A stretch of DNA of 64,000 nt from Lama guanicoe. Lineage: Eukaryota. Where the stretch lies: contig MU056050.1 of NCBI GenBank assembly GCA_013239625.1, positions 5,899,366-5,963,365 of the forward strand, given 5' to 3'. The notes beneath the pieces are model-generated. The model was not told the origin of the DNA. It was given only the letters and a program-made list of their open reading frames with translations, and made no database searches. The position numbers and the translations under genes are program-made. Positions 11,571 through 24,870 of this stretch are shown in pieces (the stretch's first letter is position 1; each line of letters starts with the position of its first letter).

Positions 11571-14500
11571 TGTTTTGTTTGTTGTTGATCCAACAAGGCT
11601 AACAAGCCTAAACACTCATCCTGGAATTTTTTTTAAAGGATGTTGTGAATAAAAAGGCCAATTGTGATTCTTTAAGTCAACATAAATAACCTACTATATG
11701 ACAGCCAAAACTATCTAGTTGTCTTTGATGTAAGAAATTAAAGCATAGAGGGGGAAAAAAGAGCCGCACCAGTGAAACCAGACCATGTCAGATAAGTACC
11801 ATTTCCCCTATTATCGGCAGGGTCTCAGAGACAAATCAATAAGCATGGAGCCAGGTCCCTGTCCACACTGCCACTGTCTTTATTAATACTGCCATCTTCA
11901 ATCCCATTAATATTGCAAATACCAGCAAACCATTTGTGTTTAAGCCTCTTTCACTCCCTTTTACTAAGATATGACAGTTTAAAAGCAAAGTTATATCTGC
12001 TTGAATCCTATATACTGGGATTCTGATTCTAGAATAATCCTCGACAGCCAAGTCATTTTCTAGCCACATCACTGAGTTACTAAAATCACATTTTGACCTA
12101 AGGGGAAGAGAGAGTACAAGAAGGAGAAAAAATCAGGGGACTGGGCTTTAATTGCCACTGCCTGAGGTGATAGTTACATTCGACGCCTTTCAGAACTGCC
12201 TACTGCCTGTGTTATGGAGGTAAGGCAGTTAACACTCCTCCGGGACACAGGACACAAGGGTTCAGGGTCTACTCTGCCACAGACTTTCACTGTCTAAGTC
12301 TAGTAAACCTCTTCCCTCTCTGCACTTGTCTCCTGTTTGTACAGAGGGGAGTTTCAAATGATGATTTCTAAGAGTCCTTTTAGTTCTAAATGTTTGTGAT
12401 TCTATTCTATGTTTTGTAACATATGGGCTCACTGTCCTCTTCCCCAGATCCATGCCACCAGAACTGCTCAGTCTCCCCATCCCTGGCTTTTCTCAGTGAG
12501 GCTGTGTGACACCAGGATACTAACAGAGCTAACACAGACTGCCTGACACTTTGCCAATTGTGCTGCCCACGTGGGTGGCTAAAAGGATTTTAAGAGCATA
12601 ATCTACTGACAAGCCAAGATCTCTAAGGGGATGGGGGTGAGAGTGGAGGAAGGAAAGAAAAACCTCAAGATGCAGGGCTTCATTTTAAGCAACGTACAAG
12701 CCACACATTTTCCTTTCACGCCATCAAAGCCTTGCTTTGTGAGGAGCAGAATGCTGTTGGGGCACCTGGTGGCCCCTTTTCTGAGAATACATTTTCTTTC
12801 CACACTGATGGCCCTTTATCTTCTGTACAGCTCAGACAGCATGCGTTATCCACTGCCAAGGCAGGGAACTGCACCAGTTCCCAGAATGTAGATGCCCTGG
12901 GTAATATACATGAAGAATTCAGTAGGGACGGCACTACTAATGGGGCTGCGATGCTGTGGGAAAATAATGGAAGAGGAGAGCAGGGTGGGTGGGGGAGGAA
13001 TGGCTGGAAGGGGGAGGCAGAGAAGGAGGCAGACAGACAGCAGAACGGAAGAAAAAACATAGTAGCCTGAAAGAGGAAAACAAACTTAATTGATTCTTTA
13101 TTAGTAAAAGGCATACTTCTTTATGTTCAAATGAAGGGATTTATTAAATGCGGTTTTTGGAACTAGAAAATGTATTGTGAGGCATATGAAAAGTGTTTAA
13201 AATTTAGACAAGAAAATAACTCACTCATTCCTGGCACACAGCGCTAGACCATTGGTTATTCTCTTTCAGATCTGCAACTACTACCATTACTTTCGGTAAC
13301 CGCCCGTCCTGGGGATTGGTGGCAAGGCCTCCAGTGCTTCATGAAACTTGGATATGTATTGCAAAATGACTCGATGGCTATATATTAAATCTGGTTTAAA
13401 AAAAAAAGGTTGTTTGTTGTCCCTGAAGCCTCTGCTTTGGACACGGTGGAGCAAGTGACATATGGGCTCACCAGTGGAAACCTAAGTTAAGTGGCTCCAC
13501 ACTTCGATTTCCCAGTGCTACATCAACCCCACAGAGCCAGATGCCTTGGGCAGCTACCTGGCTGGCCTGACCCTCAAACCAATTCTGCTTCCTGTGACTT
13601 CCAAGCACATTACCTCCACCGCGAGACCCTTTTCCAAATGGGCAAGAGTCCTGCAACCATTAAACGCAATAATAAACATAAAGCCCCGAGCACAGAGATG
13701 TTCACGCAATGCTAGCCGTCACGATAATCGTTACCACGTGAGCAATAATGGTAAGGGCGATGGCTGTTGTTCTGATTGTTACTGGTATCCTCCCAGCAGC
13801 CTAGATCGGCTCGTTTCTATAGCCTGCAGTTAGGTGAGCCCCAAAGCCTCCGCTTCACCAGGTGAGTGCTGCCAGTTCCCAGGTCCCCTCCCCTCCTCCC
13901 TGTCCTGTCCTACTACCCACTGTGTGCTCCAGGCTTCTGTTCTGACAAACAAGCAGGCCGGGAGCCAGGACTCACCAGCAGGGACGAGGGGCTAATGGCC
14001 CTACCAGCTGCAGCACCTAACCCCAGGGAGGAAAGAAAAATGAGGGCGCCAAATATATAAATGGCCCCTGTCTGGACAGCTCATGAGAATTATTAGTTAA
14101 GCACTGAGGATGTTTCGTGCGCTCACGTCTTCCCAGTTATGGGAATGATGGTTGCGATGTGCCCTATCACCCTTCATTGCTTCAGCCCATCAATTACCTG
14201 CAAGGGAGGGGAGGGAGCGTGGCCCGTTGCCAGGCAGGGACCTGTAACTGATGGTCACCTGAACGGCAGGGATCCAGTGTTGCATTCAGTATGAGCAATT
14301 AAGAAGAAAGTTACACTGCAAATGGGCAGGTGCTACATCAGGTTGGACTCTCCCATTTCAAAACTTGACCCTAGCCTTGCCACCTGGCAAAGTATTTTTT
14401 TTGAGACACTCACAGACAAAGCCACACTCACTTAGGAGTGGGTGGGCAGCCGTGCTTAGGCATCAAGTTCAAAGGCTCCTGTCCTGAGGTTTCATCTCAG

Positions 14501-15260
14501 ATTGTGCCTCTGGAAGAAGTTGCTGAGAAATATGAGATGCTCCTTCTTAAATACCCACTCACTGATTCCTCCAAAGCTAACATCCCTGTCTGCTCAACAA
14601 ACCGTCATCTGTCACAGAAACTGTACTAGGGCATCGCGGGCTCAGGACCAGAACCCCATAGCAAGCAACACTCCTACATTTCAATCTCCTACCTGGCTGC
14701 TGTTATGTCCCATTAAATGTTACCCCTTGATAGTTCTTTGTCCACTGGGCCACCCTGCCACCCCTCATCTTTATGTTTCCTTTTTTTTTTTTGCAATGGA
14801 AATAAGCTTAACTACAGTAATTAAATAATATGCAATAGGACCTAGCACAGTGACCAGCACTAAATAGCACATGGCAAATATTATCTTTATGTTTTCTTTT
14901 CCACTGCTGCCACCTTTCCTCCCCTTGGCCCCAGGCCTTCTCCCACCCCGTTACACACCAGTGTGCAGCAACATAAGAATGGGGTCTGGGCCCAGGCAGC
15001 AGTGGCAGCTCAAGTGCACATATTCTCCTTACAGAGTCCTTCTTAGCATCCGTCACACAGAGCGGCTGTTTTCTGTCCAGGGCTATGAGCTCTCTGAGGA
15101 CAGGAAGCGTGACTTACAATAGTATCCACTACAAAAGGCGTCCAGTGCAGAGTAAGCCCTCGAAACTCGGGCGCTGTATCATCCGTCATCCTCATCTCTC
15201 ATCACGTTCCCAGCACCTAGCACAGTGCCTGGCATATTAAAGGTACTAAATACATATTTA

Positions 15261-15591
15261 GAGGACCATAATCATTTACCTAAACACTTAGGGTCCATAA
15301 GTACAAATTTGAAATAATGTTCAGATTTCAGAAAGGTAAGAGGGGCATATACTGTAAGTTGCAGCCCAGCAAGATGGGGAGCAGCATCGCATAACCCAAC
15401 ACATTGACATACCTGTAGTGAAACAAAGAAGTACTCACCCTAAGGTGGATTAGTAAAGAATATAAAAGCCCTCATAGATCAGATCAGGAAGGATTTTGCT
15501 GTCAAATGAGTTTGCGTGCCAAATTTACAAAAACACAACTCAATTTTTAGACCTCCGATTTTGGTTGTATGGATAGGAGCTTATGGATCTG
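15261..15591. mobile_element. TcMar-Tigger non-autonomous DNA transposon (MamRep434-like)
   Basis: TA-flanked degenerate TIRs (gaggaccataatc... / ...cttatggatctg) and internal 'tcagatttcagaaaggtaa', 'ttttgctgtcaaatgagtt'. Confidence 0.55.
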
Positions 15592-18500
15592 TATTAAAGA
15601 AAGAAATGAGTGGAGAAGCATAGTTTAGCCTCAGGACCCCTTTCAGGGTAGGGCGATGTCACTAACTACCCTCCTCTAACTCCTGGGGCAAGGTCACCTT
15701 CTGTGTCTGATGACACAGGCCAGACCCTGTACAACGTAACTTCTAAGGAAGCCCGTTCTTCTCCCTCACCGTGCTCCACAGTACGTAGGCAGAGAACAGC
15801 GGGTGTATATGGAGAGCTGGGAATGCTGCCATTCACAGGGCTGGGGCCTTAAGCAAAGCCTTTACCTCTCCTGGCTGCAAACTCCTCTTCCGTACAACTA
15901 GGAAAGGGTAAATTGACTAGGTAAATGCTACTATTCACTGAGAACCTTCCAGAGTATGATTACTGCCCATATTTTACAGATTAGGTAACTGGGGCTTAAA
16001 GAGTTAGGGAAGCACAGCCCTTTCCCCCTTGGTTGGGAGTCAGTTGAGAGAATAGAGGAGGAAATACTGGAAGTCAAAGTGCTAAGTGTACACACAATAC
16101 TCTCAAGATGTAAATAGTGTGACAGACTGCAAACTCAACTGCGGTCTCTGCCCACCACCTCCCTGCTAGCTTTTTGTGCCACAGCAACTGCAGCTGGGAC
16201 AGTGTGAAGTTCAACACTAAAAGGGGAAGTCAGGGAACCAGAAACACCCCAGTGTGAGGGAGAAGCAAGGGCCACTTTATTGCTGAGATCAAGGTGCTCT
16301 ATTTTACTCCTCGTTGAGAATGCAAATAATGCCATCATCACCTATTCTTTGGCAATCTGTCTTAGTATTCAGAGTGCAGTTGTGTGGTCTGAAAACAATT
16401 TAAACTGAACAAAAACTAGTGCTGCTTTGACTGATTCTGATATTGGATTCTTCCCTTTCCCTCCCCCCCCCCCAAACAGAGTCTCTTCTATGAATACACA
16501 GTGAGTCAATCTGGTATATCTTGATGGTTGAATAAGCTCTTTGATTTTTGAATTATTTTGAGATTAACTGAATTTGAAATGTGGGCTGCCTGCAATGTCT
16601 TGCTGGCACAAAAAGATGAGCTTTGTTATTGACAGACTCGCACATGACATTTTTTTTTTTATCATTATTCGCCTGCGCTGAATTCGCGTTCACTGTAGCC
16701 TGGCCCGGCTGCCTGGATGGGTGCTGCGAGGCCAGGTTCAAAAGTGCAATCTACAATCTTCTCTCTCAACTCCCGTGAACTGCCACGTGGCACGGGGCGA
16801 CTTCTGCCTGGGAGCCCAGACACATATTTCTTGCCGCAATCAAGGAACATTGTCGATTATATTAGGGTTTTTGAGAACTCGCATAATGTCCCAGATGAAT
16901 AAAAGCTGTCATCCAAGAATGATATTATGGGTAAGTTGAATCAGAATGTCACTGGAGCTGTTCGAGGGTTTGTGTGTGAACCCTGCAATCTTGTCCTTGG
17001 TCCCAAAGGAAACTGAACAATTTCCTATCAGCCTTAGGGCCTCAGTCTGTGGACTCCAAGGTAATCAAGCATCCTCTATCTTCCTGATTCCCATAGTAAC
17101 TCCCATTTTTTCCCCTCTCTCCTATTCTCTCCCTGTTTTCTTGATCCATGACTCTGCTATTTGTTTTAAATGATTCCTTTTCCGTCCACACTGCCACCTC
17201 GACTACCCTGCTGTGCCTTCTCCCTGGCCACTGACTCTGAATTCTGATATTTATTTTCTCCTATTCATTCTGGGCCAGCTTGTCCAATCTTATCCTTCCC
17301 TTCAATTTTTCTTCTACGTACTTCCCTAGCTTTTGCATCTTCTACCTGCTCCTGAGCAAAACGCTGATTTGGCCAGTCCCACAGACAGTGGCTAGAGCAC
17401 AACACATATGAAAGCAACTGGCAGGTGATGACTAGCTGGTCTACTCAGTCACCTATGAGGAATTCTGCTTTAAGGCATTGATAAGAATGATTTGAAATGA
17501 CCACGTGGTTATTTGCAGAGGCTGGTGCTTCTAAAGTGTTCCATTTTTGCATTCCTGTTATACAGGTTAAACCTTATGTACTAAGCGTTCATGAAAACAC
17601 CAGGTTAGGGATACACAGCTTAGGAAACACCAGCTTAGGAAAGCCAAGAGGCCTCACAAAGGCCCCATGGGATACAAACCAGCCATCAATCAGGCAGTCC
17701 TTGAGTGTGATAACAAGCAAGAGGGTGGCCTGATCACAATTACAACAATCCCAAGGCCTACTGAAACCCCAGCCCTTCCAGAGCTCTCCCTCCATCTCAA
17801 GTTCAGGCTCAGGCAGAGTTGTGATGGCCCTGGGCAGGTGACAAACAAGAACTTTTTCATACGTTGTCACAGGACAGCTGTGCCATCACCACTGCCCAGC
17901 CAATCAGCACAGCCCTGTGAAGTACTCCCTCCTCATCTTCCCTGGCAGCCCCAACAGGTGCCAAGCTGAAATCATTGGGGAGAAACCCCTTTTCTCTCCC
18001 AGTTACACTCTGCTTTTAGCTCCTCACACAACAAGAACAACTTGTGCTTCTAGGGTCATACATAAACTCTGCCCATACAGCTCTTGGCTATTATCCCTTC
18101 CATCAGTAAAACTGCAAGCAGCTTGAGACAAGAGCTATGTCGTTTCTCTATCCCCCAGTGCCCCTAATGTGATGCCCATCACCCAGTAGAAGCCCCATAA
18201 ATATGCATCAGATTGAGTTGGACTAGTCAGTACCATTCTCAATATTAAATTACTCCGCCGTGTGCTTTATTCACTACACACGTCTACCGCCCTCTCCTTC
18301 TACTTGGTCTCCGCTTCACTGCAAGACAAAGAATGAAACTGTCACTTTAAATTCAGTGGCCTTCCCTTTATGGAAAGCTAATCATCTACAAGGTTTTTCT
18401 CTCCCACAGATACCGTACAGGGAAACAATTAGCAGTATTTTTTTTTCTGATGTCAGTAAATGACCTCAATATTAATCTTATCAGGCTTGCCTCTTTGGGG

Positions 18501-19499
18501 AGTTTATTCAGAAATCAATTCAGGTTGCATTATAAATCAAAAGGAAGAAAAAAGCAATCCCCAGCTTTCTCTTCTACTAAAGTGATCAGTTAGGTAATAA
18601 ATTGATTAAAATCTCAGGACTGTGTCACAAATGACCCACTCAAATTTTTTTTTTCTTTTTCAGCCATATATTTAATTCGCCAACCTGCTGAAATCATTTG
18701 TTCCACTATCTGCTGCAATATTTCCCATCTGTTTACTCACTTGTGCTCTGACATGTTCTTTTCCCCCAAGACACTGGACATACGGACCCCTATTTCCATC
18801 TCTGCCTATGTGATTGCCACCCCATAAGGGGAACAGCTTTAAAATCCAAACTCAGTTCTCAATTTAGGCAGTTCATTAAACATTCCTATTAGAAATTCCA
18901 TTTCTTTCCTCTTCTTTCAGCATCAGCCGATAACCGTGGTAACTCCAATGACCTGCATAACTTACCTCTAACCCTGTTACTTTCTTGTACAAATGCAAAT
19001 TCAGAACATAAAGACTCCAACTGCCTTTGTCAGTGCACTAAATTCAGGACATTTTCAGCCAGGTTTCTTCTAGTTATTCATCTGGATGTCCATGACTTCT
19101 GTGACTCTTTCCACAGCAACACGTTCTATTTCAAGATTGAAATGAGCCCAGGGTATACAAAAACATAAACTCTGCATTCTCAGAATTGTCTAATTAGTTG
19201 GTAATGATCCTGTTTATACAGTTTCCATAACCTCCACTTCTGCTGAGGTCCCCTTCTTCTCAACCTCTCGGCCTCTGACACAAAACAGATTTCATTTCCC
19301 CAAGTCATATCAGAGCAAGTCTATTTTTGATTGCCTTGTGTATTCTTTCCCTTCTCTGATCAATGTCACCAAGAATTAGATCAGTCTTTCTGGAGCCTCG
19401 TACATTTGTTAAGAACTTCTGCCCATTTGCTAAGCAACAAGTATTCTCTACAATAACTTCATTAGAGACTTTCTAGTCAGTGTCACATGAGAATCCGGG

Positions 19500-20325
19500 A
19501 TCAAATAGCTCCGCCACTGAAAGATTTTGACCCTAAGGGTTTTATGATTTGCTTTATGTTCTAACAAGACCACACTGGCTGCTGTAAGGAGAACAGAACA
19601 TACAGAAGGATAGAAACAGAGATACCAATTAATAGGCTCTTGCAATAATCCAGATGAGAATAAACTGTGTTTGAATGAAAATGGTAGCAGTAGAGGTGAT
19701 GAGAAGCACTCAGATTTGGTATATATTTCAAATGTGAGGACAACTAGATTTCTAATGGCATCTCCAATTACTGAAATGAGAAAGAAGAGAAAGAGGAAGA
19801 AGTTTAGAGCAGAAGCAGGATCAGGAGTTGGATTTTGAATATTTTCAATTTGAGGTGCTTTTTGGAAATCCAAGTGAGACATAACATTAGGCAGTTAGCT
19901 ATTTGACTCTGAGCTTTGGGAAAGAGTCTGAGCTAAAGAGAAGAATGGCTGCGTAGTTCACATGTAGAGTGAGCCTGGATGAGATCATCAAGGTAGTGAA
20001 AACAAATGGACGAGAGGTCCAAGGAATGAGGCCTAGAGCACCCCAGCAATTAGAAGTCACAGAGATAAAGAAGAGCCAGTAAAGAAGATTGCTAATGCGT
20101 GACTAAAGAGAAAATAGCATAGACATGTATCTTGGAAGTCCAGTGAATAAACTGCTCCATGGAGGAAGGAACGATCAACTGTGACAAATACCACTAAAAA
20201 GGCCAGTAGGGTGAGGACAGAGAGTTAACTACTGGATTTGGCCATTTATTGATAATTGGTGACCGCAGTGAATCATTTCAGTGGAGAGGTGAGTATAAAA
20301 GCCTACTTAGAGTGAGTTCATGAGA
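19500..20325 (-). mobile_element. L2 LINE (long antisense fragment)
   Basis: 'cactggctgctg...gcaataatccagatgaga...gaaatccaagtgagaca...ggatgagatcatcaagg...actggatttggc'. Confidence 0.8.
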
Positions 20326-20329
20326 GGAA

Positions 20330-21962
20330 GCTTTCCAGAATCTCTGTCCTTTCCTACTAGTGTCCCAATTTGGGGGAAAACACCTCTACCCAGTTTTGGG
20401 GAGGCTTAGCAGAAGAATAATGCTCAGCTTCACCTGTCTCCCCCTGCCTCTCACTATGAATATCCAGGAGTTCAGATCCTTTTTGTACCAGCCCTCTAAT
20501 ACAGCCAGGGAGCAGTCATGTGAGAAATGCAGGCAATCAGGTGTCTTATCTGGAGTTTGCATTTTTCTTTAAAAATCAGCAAGGATTTTTGAACGTTAAT
20601 CTTGTAACTTGCTACCTTGCTGAATTCTTCAATTAGTTCTAGTAGTTTTTGTGTGGGACTTTTAGGGTTTGCTATATATAGTAAAACAAAATGACAACCT
20701 ACGGAATGGGAGAAAATTTTTGCAAACAGTGGAACTGACAAAGGCTTGATCTCCAGAACACATATGCAGCTCATATGACTTAATAAGAAAAAAACAAACA
20801 ACCCAATCCAAAAATGGGCAGAAGACCTAAACAAGCAATTCTCCAAGGAAGACTACAAATGATCAATAGGCACATGAAAAAATGTTCAATATCACTAAGT
20901 ATCAGAGAAATGCAAATCACACCAGTCAGAATGGCCATCATTCAAAAGTCTACAAACGACAAATGCTGGAGAGGCTGTGGAGAAAAGGGAACCCTCCTAC
21001 ACTGCTGGTGGGAATGCAGTTTGGTGCAGCCACTTTGGAAACCATATGGAGATTCCTCAAAAGACTAGGAATAGACTTACCATATGACCCAGGAATCCCA
21101 CTCCTGGGCATATATCCAGAAGGAACCGTACTCCAAAATGACACCTGTACCCCAATGTTCATAGCAGCATTATTTACAATAGCCAAGACATGGAAACAGC
21201 CTAAATGTCCATCGACAGATGACTGGATAAAGAAGAAGTGGTATATTTATACAATGGAATAGTATTCAGCCATAAAAAACAACAACATAACACCATTTGC
21301 AGCAACATGGATGTCCCTGAAGAATGTCATTCTAAGTGAAGTAAGACAGAAAGAGAAAGAAAAATACCATATGAGATTGCTCATATGTGGAATCTAAAAA
21401 AAAAAAAATACAAAACAGAAACAGACTCACATAGGATACAAACTTGTGGTTGCCAAGGGGGAGGGGGTGGGAAGGGACAGACTGGGAGTTCAAAATTTGT
21501 AAATACTGACAAGCATATGCAGAATAGATAAACAACATTATACTGTATAGCACAGGGAAATATATACAAGATCTTGTGGTAGCTCACAGCAAAAAAAAAA
21601 ATGTGACAATGAATATATGTTCATGTATAACTGAAAAATTGTGCTCTACACTGGAATTTGACACAACATTGTAAAATGATTATAACTCAATAAAAAATGT
21701 TAAAAAAAATCAGCAAGGAAATAAAGGTAACATGTGTGGCCCAAGTAGTGGTGGCAGCAGCACTGCCCTAACCAGGCGATCCCCAACTGAGACACAGTCT
21801 TACTATGTTCACTGGAGCTGCTTCAGTTTCTGCTCTTTGCAGACTTGGTTTCCCAGCTTCCTTTCAGTTTCCTGAGTCCCTGCTGTCCTTCACAAATACC
21901 TCCTTTAGTTTAACATAGCCTGAGTGTTTGTGATGCTTGCAGCCCAGAACCTCAACTTACAC
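20330..21962 (+). mobile_element. Old MaLR (MLT1-like) LTR split by the young L1
   Basis: 3' part ends 'tttagtttaacatagcctgagtgtttgtgatgcttgcagcccagaacctcaacttacaca', an MLT1-style terminus. The 5' boundary is uncertain. Confidence 0.45.
20586..21704 (+). mobile_element. Young L1, 5'-truncated with 5' inversion; ORF2 C-terminus, 3'UTR and poly(A)
   Basis: Sense part (from ~20681) encodes the CCHC region '[19 protein letters not shown]' and '[15 protein letters not shown]...[30 protein letters not shown]' with a frameshift and a stop. Inverted part 20586-20680 encodes 'YIANPKSPTQKLLELIEEFSKVASYKINVQK'. Perfect TSD aaaaatcagcaagga at 20571-20585 and 21705-21719. Confidence 0.95.
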
Positions 21963-23009
21963 AGTTGTACAACCTCATCAGGAAGCTAGACCACTAGCTG
22001 TAATGGTAAGAGGTGGCAAGGTACCTCAAATTTTAGGTAATTTGCCTTTCATCCTCAAGAGGCCAATGGGCCAAGGGTTTTTTTCTTCCCCCTTGAAGCT
22101 TTTTCTGAGACAGCAACAGAATCAGCTTAGAACTAAGCACGTTATATACCATTCAATATGGTAAACATTGATTACACCAAGTACCTGAAACTCAAGTGAA
22201 AAGGAGAAATAAAACCAGTGAGGGATGGACAGTGATGGAGCAGTGAGGGGAGACTTCATCCACTCCTTTCCCTAACGTGTTCTTTCGCCAGATGACATTT
22301 TAAATACCTGTGATAGAGTTAGATTATAGTCAATCCTTTAAAAAAAAAAAGCAAGGAAGAAAGAAAAACTTTGTCCACTGAAGAGCAATCGGAAATGAAC
22401 ATGAAGTAGCTCTAAAATGGCAGTGTCAATCAGTAGGGACGGATAATCAATTTCCATAGGACTTTTCAAGGCCACATTAAACGTTCATCACAGACTAAAC
22501 TTCCAGTTTAAACTCTCCATTTTATCTTCATTTCCTGGGACTATACACCTCTATATTTACTCTTGAACAGTCCTCCAATCTAGGGCCCATAACCAAAGAC
22601 TCAAATTTAGTAATTTCATGTTGCAAACTCTAAGCTCCCCGAGGGCAGTTCTCAGCACAACGTCTGACCTACGGTAGCTATTCAATAACTATTTAGTGAG
22701 TAAACAGATTTTCTTTTAAAAACTTCTCCAGGAAAATAAGGACACTTTTGCACTGAATTTTGGGTGTGCCATCATTTACTTTTTTCAGAAAATTCTCAGC
22801 ACTTGACTTAGAGTAAGTGATAGTTTGGATTTTGTTAACATTAACACGATAAGTGATAACTTAATTAAAGCCCAAAGCAAAAGAGACATTTTTTTTTAAA
22901 TCCAAAGCAACTCTTCCTTAAAAAGATACACACGAAAAACAAAGCAACTCTTCTACCCTATGTGTGAACCACCAGATATAGAAGATAGTGTTGTTTTAGG
23001 ATAATAATT

Positions 23010-23445
23010 ATCATAGGTAAAAATTTGTGAATGCTCACTACATGCTAGGAATTGTTCTAAGTGCTTTACATATAGTATCTGATTAGTATCTGATAATCTA
23101 CTCCTAGCATGAAGAGGAGAAGCCAAATAGGAAAAAGATGGATAACAACAATTATTGTTATAGAATCATCATAAAAACCACAATACTACAACTACTTATT
23201 GAGCACTTACTATTTGCAAAGAATTGTTGTGTTTTGCATAATTATCTATCTCATATAATCCTCCTAAAAACCCTATGAGGTAGGAAACTATTATTCTTCC
23301 CACTTTGTAGATGAAGGGGACAACACTGAGAGGTTACGTGACTTGCCCAAGAACATACAGCATGGGAGTGTTGGAATCTGAACTTGAAGCTCGATCTGTA
23401 TGACTCTAAAGCCTGAACTCATACTGACTCTGCTACATTGCCTCT
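23010..23445 (-). mobile_element. Tandem MIR fragments
   Basis: 'ttattgagcacttactat...ccctatgaggtagg...cactttgtagatgaagg...gacttgcccaag'. Confidence 0.8.
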
Positions 23446-23559
23446 CTTCTGGATAGCTCTTTGTCCTCAATCCAACTTTGCTGACTTAAGTAAGACAGTA
23501 TGTGGGAAACAGCTTTACTAACAGTTCACTACTATAAGACTACAAGTGTTCACTGTCAT

Positions 23560-24870
23560 GTCATCATTCATTTGTACACTGAACATTTCTGCATTCTTCT
23601 TTAGATATTAGAAATGGTGTTAGATGCTGTAGATAGAGCTGCAAGCAAGAAAAACAGGGCCCCTACCTTTAGGAGCAAACAGTCTAATGGAAAAGCAGAG
23701 ATATAAACAAAGAGATCTAATCAAATGGAGGAGGAGAAATAAGAGATGTGTGTGCAAATTATTATAGGACTACACACACCAAAAAAAAAAGGTATTAACC
23801 TACCCTGGGAATAGGAAGGACAGATAGAAACTATTTCCTAAAGAAGATCTATTGTGCTGTAGACCAGAAATTGATGCAACATTGTAAACTAAATATACTT
23901 CAGTTAAAACAAACAAACAAACAGACCTAAGATGAATCTTAAAGCTATGTCATGGGCCAGGAAGGTATAGGGAGAGAAAGGCATTCCAGACAAAATGGAA
24001 TAGTATACGCAAAGTATACCGGCAAAAAACGGCATGGTATAGGGAAGGAATGAAGAATATGCCCAAGGCAGGCCTGGACAAGTAGGCAGCACGAGGTCCT
24101 GGAGGGCCTTAAATGCCTTCTTAGCTAGGTTGAACTTTATTCAGTACGTAATGAGCAGGCTTTGCAGAGTTTTAACCATAGAAGTGATATGGTCAGGTTT
24201 TAGTAGAGAAAGATCTTGCTGATGGTGGTGTGTAGAATGGACTGGAAGGGAGAAGATCAGAGGTTAATTGGAAAACTATTATTGTAATCCAGAAGTTAAA
24301 TAAGAGCGCACTGGTAGGGATGCGGAAGAAAGGACAAATGCAAGAACATTCAAGAGAGAAAGTCAACTGGACATAGTGATTTATTAGACATATGGTGAAA
24401 TAAAGAAAGGAATGAAAAATGACTTTCCAATTGGGTGACAAAATAGAGACATCCAAAAAAGGAACAGGTTTGATGTGGGCAGTGATGAGTTCCACTTGGG
24501 ACATAAAGAGTTTGAATTGCCTATGAGACATCCAGCTGGAGGTGCTGGCAGGCCACTGAATATGTAATCTTGACATTTCAGGAAGACATTGGGGCTCAAA
24601 GTATCATCCGGAAATCATCACCACATAGGTGATGAGTGGATGGCACTGCCCGGTGAGAGTGTTGACCTTGGTTAAGAGTCATTTTGATGGATAATGGCAG
24701 CAAAAGCCAGTTTACAGTGGAACAGAGAGGGAATAGAGGTGTGAAAGTGGAGGCAATGAATGTGACCGACTTAAAAAGTTAGGATGAGAAGAAAAAAATA
24801 AGAAGGGATAGGACCATAGGAATCAAGGATGAAATTCTGTTCATGAAAGAGACTGAAACATGTTCATTGT
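23560..24870 (-). mobile_element. L2 LINE (long antisense fragment)
   Basis: Starts 'tcattcatttgtacactgaacat', continues 'gagttttaaccatagaagtgatatggtcagg', 'gagtttgaattgcctatgagacatccagctggagg'. Confidence 0.8.
23851..23922 (+). mobile_element. Short L1-type 3' tail inserted in the L2
   Basis: 'tgtgctgtagaccagaaattgatgcaacattgtaaactaaatatacttcagttaaaac(aaac)n'; same tail type as 28070-28120. Confidence 0.7.

Noticed and set aside
13281..13390. Minus-strand exon open in one frame (LIYSHRVILQYISKFHEALEALPPIPRTGGYR)
   Set aside because: Weak donor and no recognisable homology.
20814..21262. ORFs with CCHC and 'DLPYDP' motifs as a functional gene
   Set aside because: Frameshifted, stop-interrupted L1 ORF2 C-terminus inside a truncated insertion.
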